NCBI GenBank assembly: GCA_024405635.1
Contig: JAKSOL010000010.1
Coordinates: 32,001 to 96,000, forward strand
Length of the DNA stretch: 64,000 bases
Source of the DNA: Salinivirgaceae bacterium
GTDB lineage: Bacteria > Bacteroidota > Bacteroidia > Bacteroidales > SZUA-534
Direction of reading: 5' to 3'
Shown here: piece after piece, positions 40,572 through 50,000 of the stretch
Layout of the letters: the number at the start of each line of letters is the position of its first letter
How positions within the stretch are numbered: position 1 is the first letter of the stretch
Notes under the pieces: model-generated
What the model was told of the DNA's origin: nothing
Databases searched by the model: none
Seen by the model: the letters and a program-made list of their open reading frames with translations, nothing else
Made by a program: the position numbers and the translations under genes

Positions 40572-41486
40572 ATGAACGAATCAGTACAAAAATATCACCT
40601 ACTAGCTTTTGCCATTGTTTCGGTTTGGGGAACAACATTTGTTTCAACCAAAGTTTTGCTAAACAACGGACTAAATGCCAGCGAAATTTTCTTCTGCCGA
40701 TTTTTGCTTGCATACATATTCATTTGGATTATTTCACCAAAAAAACTATTTGCGCAAAGCATAAAAGACGAACTAACAATGTTAGCTCTTGGTGTAACAG
40801 GCGGCTCGCTATATTTTCTTACTGAAAACATGGCATTGGTATCGTCGCCCGCATCAAATGTGTCGCTCATTGTTTGCACCACACCCATACTCACGGCCTT
40901 ACTACTTGGCACTATTTATAAGAGCGAACGACTGCATGGCGTACAAATAGCAGGCTCCATTTTAGCATTTTTGGGAATGGTATTGGTAGTGCTCAACGGA
41001 AAATTTGTGCTTAAAATATCGCCAGTTGGCGATGCACTTGCCTTTGCAGCTGCTTGGATGTGGGCATTTTACTCGCTATTTATGAAACAGGTAATGAACC
41101 GTTACTCAAGTGCATTTATAAACCGTAAAATATTTTTTTACGGACTCATAACCATTCTACCCATTTTGTTGATGCGCGGTATAAATGTGCCTACCGAAAT
41201 TTTTATTCGACCAACTGTTATTTTCAACCTACTGTTTTTGGGCATTGCAGCATCACTATTGTGCTACTACTTTTGGGGAATAACACTCGAAAAACTTGGA
41301 GTTGCAACCGCATCAAACTACATCTACCTAAACCCAGTGGTAACAATGTTAACGGCCTACGCGTTTATCAACGAGCGCATAACAATTTTTGCAATTCTTG
41401 GTTCGGTTATGATTTTAGTTGGATTATACTTCAGCAACAAAAAGACAAAACTCCACTCGAACCAATTAGGCACAAGCAAAAGTTGA
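40572..41486 (+). CDS. DMT/EamA-family transporter
   Basis: About 10 TM helices in two repeats; WGTTFVSTK and YIYLNPV motifs; TACCTTTG box at 40559-40566. Confidence 0.9.
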   Translation: MNESVQKYHLLAFAIVSVWGTTFVSTKVLLNNGLNASEIFFCRFLLAYIFIWIISPKKLFAQSIKDELTMLALGVTGGSLYFLTENMALVSSPASNVSLIVCTTPILTALLLGTIYKSERLHGVQIAGSILAFLGMVLVVLNGKFVLKISPVGDALAFAAAWMWAFYSLFMKQVMNRYSSAFINRKIFFYGLITILPILLMRGINVPTEIFIRPTVIFNLLFLGIAASLLCYYFWGITLEKLGVATASNYIYLNPVVTMLTAYAFINERITIFAILGSVMILVGLYFSNKKTKLHSNQLGTSKS

Positions 41487-41538
41487 ACATATAAACTCAT
41501 TTAACTTACCTTTGCAACCCTAAAAACACAAAGCAGAT

Positions 41539-43512
41539 ATGATTTCAGTTAGCAACCTAACGGTTGAATTTTCAGGCGTTCCACTCTTCAACAACATCAG
41601 TTTTTTAATCAACCCACGCGACCGCATAGGTTTAACTGGAAAAAACGGAGCAGGAAAATCAACCTTGCTAAAGGTGCTTTGCGGTGCCCAAAACTACGAC
41701 ACTGGCGCAGTTTCGGTACCTCGTGGTGTAACCATTGGTTACCTACCTCAACACATGTCGGTTGAAGATAAGCACACAGTTTTTGACGAAGCTTTGAGCG
41801 CTTTTGTTGAAGTAAAACAACTTGAAAAAGACATTGAAAAGCTAAACAACCAATTAGCCGAACGCACTGATTATGAGTCAGATGAATACATGAATCTGAT
41901 TCACGAACTAACTGAAAAAAACGACCGTTTTCATCTTTTGAGCGGACACAACATTGAAGGCGAAGTAGAGTCGACACTAATTGGTTTGGGCTTTGAGCGC
42001 ACCGACTTTACGCGCCAAACTGGCGAATTTAGCGGAGGCTGGCGCATGCGCATCGAACTTGCAAAAGTACTACTACGCCACCCCGATGTGTTACTACTCG
42101 ACGAGCCAACCAACCACCTCGACATTGAATCGGTTCAATGGTTTGAAGATATGCTTAAAACATACGAAGGCGCTGTTGTTGTTGTATCGCACGACAAAGC
42201 CTTTCTCGATAACCTTACAAACCGTACAATTGAAATATCGTTGGGCAAAATATACGACTTCAAGCTATCGTATTCCGACTACGTAAAACAACGCACCGAA
42301 ATGCTTGAGCAACAAAAAGCCGCATACGAGAACCAACAAAAAATGATTGACGACACCGAAAAATTCATTGAACGTTTTAGGTACAAAGCTACAAAAGCCG
42401 TGCAAGTACAGTCGCGCATTAAACAGCTTGAAAAAGTTGAGCGCATTGAACTTGACGAGTTCGACACTTCGGCAATTCACTTCCGTTTTCCACCTGCACC
42501 ACATTGCGGACAAATAGTGATTGAAACCAAAGGCATGAGCAAAAGTTTTGGCGATAATTTGATTCTTGAAAACATTGACTTTATGCTTGAACGCGGTCAA
42601 AAAGTGGCCTTTGTAGGACGAAATGGCGAAGGAAAAACAACCATGTCGAAAGTATTGCTTGGAATATACGAAAGCACAGGCATTGTTAAAATTGGCCACA
42701 ATGTTACAATAGGTTACTACGCTCAAAATCAGAGCGAAATGCTTGACGACAACAAAACCGTATTCCAAACTATTGACGACATTGCCAAAGGCGAAATACG
42801 AACTAAAATACGCGACATATTGGCATCGTTCCTATTTAGGGGCGAAGAAATTGACAAAAAAGTATCGGTACTATCAGGCGGCGAAAAAGCCCGCCTATCG
42901 ATGGCAAAATTGCTACTTGAGCCTGCCAACTTACTTGTACTCGACGAGCCTACAAACCACCTCGATATGCGCTCGAAAGACATTTTAAAACAAGCACTTA
43001 TAGCTTACGACGGAGCGCTTATTATAGTTTCGCACGACCGCGATTTTCTTGACGGCATGGTTGACGTGGTTTACGAGTTCCGCCACAAAAAAATGAAGCA
43101 ATATCTGGGCGGCATTGCCGATTTTCTGCATTACAAAAAAATGCAGAACCTGAACCAATTAAATGCAGTTCAGCAAAAAGGCAATCAAGCAAAAACTGAA
43201 AAACCAACCGCAGAGGCCAAACCGCAACCCGAAAATAAAACCAAAAGCAAATTAAGCTACGAGGAACAAAAAGAGGCCGAACGTAAACTGCGCACTGCTC
43301 GCAAAAAAGTTGAAGAAACCGAGCAACTGATTACCGAAACCGAGCAACAAATTGCCTCAATGGAAGAACTTTTTGCAAACGACCCACAAGCATCAGCCGA
43401 TGCTACCAAGTTTGAAGAATATAGCAACATGAAAAAGAAACTTGCCGATGCTATAAACCAATGGGAAAATTTTAGCGAACAACTTGACAAACTTGAACGC
43501 GAATTGAAGTAA
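41539..43512 (+). CDS. ABC-F family ribosome-associated ATPase (YheS/YdiF-like)
   Basis: Two NBDs (GKNGAGKST/FSGGW/LLDEPTNHLD and GRNGEGKTT/LSGGE), coiled-coil tail, no TM segments; TACCTTTG box at 41507-41514. Confidence 0.93.
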   Translation: MISVSNLTVEFSGVPLFNNISFLINPRDRIGLTGKNGAGKSTLLKVLCGAQNYDTGAVSVPRGVTIGYLPQHMSVEDKHTVFDEALSAFVEVKQLEKDIEKLNNQLAERTDYESDEYMNLIHELTEKNDRFHLLSGHNIEGEVESTLIGLGFERTDFTRQTGEFSGGWRMRIELAKVLLRHPDVLLLDEPTNHLDIESVQWFEDMLKTYEGAVVVVSHDKAFLDNLTNRTIEISLGKIYDFKLSYSDYVKQRTEMLEQQKAAYENQQKMIDDTEKFIERFRYKATKAVQVQSRIKQLEKVERIELDEFDTSAIHFRFPPAPHCGQIVIETKGMSKSFGDNLILENIDFMLERGQKVAFVGRNGEGKTTMSKVLLGIYESTGIVKIGHNVTIGYYAQNQSEMLDDNKTVFQTIDDIAKGEIRTKIRDILASFLFRGEEIDKKVSVLSGGEKARLSMAKLLLEPANLLVLDEPTNHLDMRSKDILKQALIAYDGALIIVSHDRDFLDGMVDVVYEFRHKKMKQYLGGIADFLHYKKMQNLNQLNAVQQKGNQAKTEKPTAEAKPQPENKTKSKLSYEEQKEAERKLRTARKKVEETEQLITETEQQIASMEELFANDPQASADATKFEEYSNMKKKLADAINQWENFSEQLDKLERELK

Positions 43513-43536
43513 ACAATATCTGCAATTAAGCTTACT

Positions 43537-43576
43537 ATAGCCAACCAATTGTAAAATTTGGTTGGCTATTTTTTTT
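43537..43576 (+). terminator. intrinsic terminator
   Basis: ATAGCCAACCAA / TTGGTTGGCTAT 12-bp stem followed by a T run. Confidence 0.85.
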
Positions 43577-43822
43577 GATTGTTAAACAACTAAAAAAACG
43601 CTTATTCTATTTTTATAGTTTTGATTAATAATTTTAATCATGCGACTAAATTCACAAGACAATCAAACATAATAATCGTCTATAGGACAATCAACTACGC
43701 AATAGTCAGCCACAAACATCAATTTCAAATTGTCATTATTTATTAGTATATTTAATGATAAATATTATTAAATTATAACTAATAATACATAAATATTAAA
43801 TGATATCTATTTACAATGAATG

Positions 43823-43830
43823 TATCTTTG
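43823..43830 (+). promoter_or_regulatory. -7 promoter element (TATCTTTG) with no adjacent CDS
   Basis: Exact TAnnTTTG preceded by a very AT-rich tract, about 270 nt before the next CDS, which has its own box. Confidence 0.55.
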
Positions 43831-43835
43831 GCATA

Positions 43836-43998
43836 AAGGTTATAGTTCTTTGAAAGGTTTGTTGCGAGGCTTAGAAAAATGATGCTTTTTGGGGCTGACT
43901 ATAACTTTCTTTTAGGGCTACAGTAATTTTTTTCATGGGTTAATTAATTTGGTTGAATACCATTAAGCACCTCTTCGCAACAATCTTTCATTTTTTCA
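43836..43998 (+). ncRNA. candidate structured small RNA or leader RNA
   Basis: Complementary segments 43851-43874/43963-43990 and 43836-43847/43897-43908, a promoter box directly upstream, and a U-rich 3' end. Confidence 0.5.
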
Positions 43999-44062
43999 TA
44001 TTTTTTTCAAAAAATCTCCCCTAACTATTAATACACAAAGTGTTTAATAGCTTGCATTGAGT

Positions 44063-44070
44063 TATCTTTG
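44063..44070 (+). promoter_or_regulatory. -7 promoter element (TATCTTTG) for the PKD adhesin operon
   Basis: Exact TAnnTTTG 30 nt upstream of ATG 44100. Confidence 0.65.
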
Positions 44071-44099
44071 CAACAAAATTTTTTGTTAAAAGAAACACC

Positions 44100-47000
44100 A
44101 TGAATACATACAAAAAACTCATAGCGGTTTTTACCATAATATTGTCAACATTAAGTGCCAATTGCCAAACCGACGTTGAGTTTTGGTTTGCTGTGCCAGA
44201 ACTAACATGGCGCCACGTTGCTGACCAAAAAACCTATCTGCATATTGCATCACTTGACGCTCCCGCCGATGTTGTTGTAGAAATGCCCCGAAACGCATAC
44301 GATGCAGTAAGCAACCCTAAAGGGTTTAACCCTATTTTGGTTACACTACCCGCAAACGGATATAACCTCATCGACCTCACTAGTATTATCACAGCCTCGC
44401 AAGACGACAATATTTTGGAGGTTGGTTTGGACAAAAACGCAGGCACCGTTGAAAACAATGGTTTGCACATTAAATCAACAGCTTTGATAACTGCATACCT
44501 TGAACGTGCCGATAACGACAACACCGACCTTTGGGCTCTTAAAGGTCGAAATGCTATTGGAAAAAACTTTATTGTTCCATCGCAAAACACATTCTACAAC
44601 AAAGCATTCGGAACTCCTGCAGCTTGGAATAGTATTGACGTTGTAGCAGTTGAAGATGCTACTGTAACATTCACTGTTCCAAAAGGCTCCGCTGTAAAGG
44701 TAAATGGTACAGTAAAAAACTTTACTTCTGCACCGGGCACAGTTTCGCAAAAACTAAAAGCTGGGCAAGCATTCTCGCTCCGTAGTGCCGCCGTTGGTAC
44801 AACATATTCTGGTTTTGAATGCGACCGTCACTTGGGTGGAACAATTATAAAATCGACTGGAAACATTGTTGTTCAATGGAAAGACGACTCAATGAAATCG
44901 GACTACACTGGTAGTTACGACGTTGCAGGCGACCAAATTGTACCTACTGATTTAGCAGGTTTTGAGTACGTTGTGATGCGTGGTCAACTTGGCAACGGAA
45001 ACAAGAATAGCGAATATGTTTACATAATGGCAACTGAGCCAAACACCACCGTAACATTTACTACCGAAGACGGTTCGCACACAGTACACAACCATCAAGC
45101 TGATATAATAAAAACTAGTGATAGTGATCGTGGTGTTAGTTACAAAGTTAATTACATGAAAGCCAACAGCAAAACCATTGATTATACTGAGGATGCACCA
45201 ATGGTATTGTCAAAAGTTGGCGAAATAAAGTATGTACGACTTAACGAGCTCTCTTTAAAATCAGAATCAGCATTTAGTGGCGATGCCGCAAACCTAAAAA
45301 ACTATGACGCCTTGCACATTAAGGCCGACAAAAAAATAATCGTTTTCCACATTTCAGGATTTGGTAGCGAAATGGGAGGCGCCATTTTACCAACCATTGA
45401 CGGCTGCACAGGTTCAAGCGAGGTTTCGTTTATGCGATCGAGCGTTCATGGTTTTTACCTTAACATAATGTGTAAAGGTCCTTTTATCGACTACTTTACC
45501 ATTGAAATTGAAGGCCGAGAATACCCAATACCTGGCAGTTGGTTTAAAAAGATTGAAGGCAGTGGCACAAACGAATCTAGCACTTGGTACTACCTAAACA
45601 AAAGTTATAACGAGTTTGGTAAAGCTCAAGGTGGTATTCCGGCCATTCAGGTTGGAAAAACTGTGAAGGTAAAAAACAAAGTAGGTTTGTTTCATTTGGG
45701 CATTATTAATGGTAATGCATCTGGAGGTTGCCGCTATGGTTATTTTTCCGACTTCTCCGACAATCAAAGCCGCGCCAACATTGCTAACTCTGGTTCCGAC
45801 TATCACGACTTTTGCGAAGGCGACACCATAACACTTCAAGCGAGCGGTGGTGTTGAATACAAATGGAAATACATTGAATCGGGAAGCAGCATATTTATCG
45901 ACCCCGACACAGAAAGTACCCCTCGTGTTAAACCAACACCAGGATTTAACCACTACGAAGTAACAATTAGACGCGCATGTTATACTGGCAACCAAAATCA
46001 AGATACCACAGTTGATGTTTACGCATTTGGTATTCCTCAAATCGTTGCCGATTTCGACATTAGCCCATCAACTGTTTGCAGCCCTAGAACTGTAACCTTT
46101 ACCAACAACACCACGGGCGCAAATACCTTTTATTGGACTATTGACGGACAACCAATAAGCGAGGAAAGCGAGATTGTACTCTATCCTTTTATAAATCAAG
46201 GAGGAACAGCTGCCGAATACCACATAGTGTCGCTAAAAGCATCGTTAGGTAACGGCTGCCCAAACTCAAAATCGAAAACAGTAACCGTTTGTCCATCATC
46301 TGAGGCCAAAGTTACAGCCGATGTTGCCATTGGTTGTCAACCTCTAACTGTAACATTTACTGACGAATCAACCGGTAACATAAGCCGAACCATTTGGAAT
46401 TTTGGCGATGGAACTGGCGACAAAGATTACGCACCAGGAACAATAGCAAAACACACTTACGTAAACCCAAGCGAAACCGATACAATATACTATGCAAAGG
46501 TTGTTACAACCAATACATTTAATTGTAGCGACACTGCCATTGTGCCAATTACCGTACACGGAATGGTTAAAGCACAATTCACTATTGACAAAGCTTCGGG
46601 TTGTGCACCTTTTGATGTCAACTTTAAGAACTATAGTATTGGCTACGGTCCAAAAACAGTTTACACATGGAACATTGGAGGCGACTATACAGGCACTCCA
46701 TCATCGACAAAAAATGCAGAATTTACACTTACTTACAACAATGAGACACAAGTGTTAAAGCAGTATAAAGACATAACACTTACTGCTACACTTACCGCAA
46801 ACAACGGAGATGTGTGTATAAGCACCAGCCAACGCGACACTATCACCGTTTATCCACATTTTACTATCGATTACGAAGTTTCGCCTATTTCGGGTTGCAA
46901 CCCACTTGAAGCCACTTTTACCAACCAATCAAACATTCAAGATTCAAAAACACAATTCAAGTGGTATTTTGGCGATGGATCTTCGGCAAACAACACTGGC

Positions 47001-50000
47001 ACTTTTTCTCATACTTATGCTCATGCTGAGCCAACTCAACAACATTTTCAAACTGCCCTTGCTGGCGAAAGTCAATATGGTTGCCGCGACTCGGTTGCAA
47101 AAGACATTATTACCGTTGAAGCTTACCTAGCACCACATTTCACTATCGACAATAGCGAAGGATGCTCACCTGTAACCATCAATTTAACAAACAACACTCC
47201 GGCTCATGCAAAATCCGACAATAGCACTTGGACTTTCACCAACACATCTGGAGCGAACTACCCTTACACATTGGTTTCTGGTTCGTTGAGCAACACTGCA
47301 AAATTGCGTTTCGAGAATAAAACAGGAACCATTCAAGTAATTACAATACGACTAACAGAATCAATTGACGGAACTCGTTGCTCTGAATCATATGAACAAA
47401 AAATAACCATCTACCCCGAAGTTTCGGCAAGTTTTGTAGCAAGCCAACCAACCGTTTGCGATAGCACTCAAATTGTTTTCACAAACAATTCAATTTTTAC
47501 AGGAACCACCTTAAAACCAAGCAAATACTCATGGATTTTTGGTAATGGTGCCACAAAAGATATGACTTCAGCTAGTGCCGTTTCACAACTATACCGCAAC
47601 ACAAGTGGAAGCACAGGAACTACCGCTCAAAACTACACAGTAACACTTATTGCTTCAGCAAATGGTTGTGCCGACACAGCCACCACACAAGTTGCAGTTT
47701 ATCCACCAGTAAAGGCTTCGTTTGTTGCCGAAGATGGCAAATACAATGTTTGTGCCCCTGCAACTATCAAACTAAAAAACACCTCAACAGGCGCAAACCA
47801 ATACTTGTGGGAATATAACGACGGAACACCAAGTAACTCAACATACAACTTAGCAAACGTAAACTACCCAGTACCAAGCACAACTACCCCAAACACTGTT
47901 GATGTTAAAATTGTTACAATGACAGCATCAAACGGAAGTTGTACAAGCACAGCAAAACGAACATTCAATGTTTCGCCTGAAATAAAACCATCGTTAACTG
48001 TTTCAAAATCGGCAGGTTGCGGTCCTCTTGATGTTACACTAAGCAGCGCTGGAACAACAGGCAACTCGTTGAGTTACGCATGGAACTTTGGCGACAACTC
48101 ACCTATTCTTAACCAAACCACCGAAAGCGTAAATCACACATTTGGCAACGATAGCGGCAATGACAAAACATACACTGCCAAACTTACCGTAACCAACAAT
48201 TTAGGCTGCAAAGCAACAGTACAAGCCAATGTTACTGTCTATCCAGAAATTGATGCACAATTCAGCATCATAAAAACAACCGAATGCTCGCCAATGGATG
48301 TTGATTTGGTTAACAATTCGCAAAACGGAAACAAATACATTTGGACATTTGGTGACGGACAAACCGAAACAAGCACCAGTGCTAGAGGAACTAAACATCA
48401 ATACAAAAACACTAGCCCAAGTGGCAACGACATTTCAACCTACACAATTAAACTTATAACCATTGACGCCAACCACACTGCTTGCCGCGATAGTATTAAG
48501 CACGATATAACAGTCTATCCCGAAGTTATTGCAGCATTTGATGCAACAAATACCGAAGGTTGCTCGCCTCTAACCTCATCGTTTACAAACAAATCGAAAG
48601 GTTATGGCTTGTCTTATGTATGGCAATACGACTACGACAACACTTCGTCAACCACAACCGATGCAACTCACAACCACACGTTTGATAACCGCGAGGCAAC
48701 TACCCGTACTTACAACGTTAAACTTATTGCTACCGATTTTAATAAATGTACTAGCACTGCAACAAAAACAGTAAAAGCCTACCCTCACGTTATTGCAGGC
48801 TTTGGGTACGTTAAAGAAGGAGTTTGTACTCCATACGAAGTATCGTTTAACCAACCAAACAACGCCATTAACGGCACCAAGTTCAGTTGGGATTTTGGCG
48901 ATGGTAGCAAAGAAGACAAATCAACCAAAGCAACATTTAAACACACATACGACAACACTACCGCAAACACGGTAAACACATACAACATTAAATTGCTAAC
49001 AACCGACACCAATACTGGTTGTAAAGACTCAACAACTCAAACAATTGAAGTATATCCTCGCTTAATTCCAGCATTTGAGGCCGATGTTACTGAAGGTTGT
49101 AACCCTGTTAGTGTAAGTTTTACCAACAAAACAACAGGTTTGGCAACTTACGCTTGGACATTTGGTGATGGCCAATCGTCAACACTAACAAACCCAGCGC
49201 ACACATTTACAAACTACAATACAACCGACGAAACATACACAACAACATTAACCACCACACAAAGTGCAACTGGTTGCCAAAAAACAACAAGTAAAGACAT
49301 TACAGCATACTCTTTTGTTCTTGCCAAATTTGGAATTAACGGAGCCGACCTTGAACAAGTAGGAAGCCAAGCAGGAGAACTGATGGGTGGTTGTACTCCA
49401 TTTAAAGTTGTTATAACCGACTCGTCGCGCATAAACGCAAACACAGGCTCTTGGAGTTGGAACTTTGGCGATGGCACAACGTCAAACAACCGCCAACCTT
49501 CAATTCTAACATACACAAACAACGATTCGGTAGCCCCACTTGAAAACAAGCGCTACGACATAAGTTTACGAGTAACCAACAACCACGGTTGCTATCACGA
49601 CACAGTTCAATCGCTTACTGTTTATCCGCGCTCTGTTCCAAACTTTACTGGCGATTTTGAAGGTTGCATGCCACACACTGTAACATTTGAAGACAAATCG
49701 GTAATTGACGATGGCACAAAATACTTTTGGTCATTTGGCGATGGTTCAACAGCTGTAACTGCTCCACCATTCAGCAAAACATACAACAACTACAGCAACA
49801 CCAACGACCAAGTGTTTACCATAAACCTTAAAACAACCACTCAGTACAACTGTACCGATGAAATTTCAAAAACAGTTACCGTACACCCAAAACCACAAGC
49901 AAGTTTCAGTCCACTAATCGACCGCGCTTGTCCACCCTTCAATGCCGAATTCAAAAACAATTCAATTGGAACAAACCTTACATACCATTGGGATTTTGAC

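Noticed and set aside
41539-43512. ABC-F genes (also 58505-60367) as antibiotic resistance determinants
   Set aside because: They look like housekeeping YheS/Uup-type proteins, with no mobile context or leader attenuator seen.
43851-43990. Inverted repeat read as MITE ends, an invertible promoter, or 6S RNA
   Set aside because: The arms are imperfect with G-U-type mismatches, and I saw no target duplication or recombinase. For 6S it is short and I could not find a convincing apical stem. Kept only as an unassigned RNA candidate.
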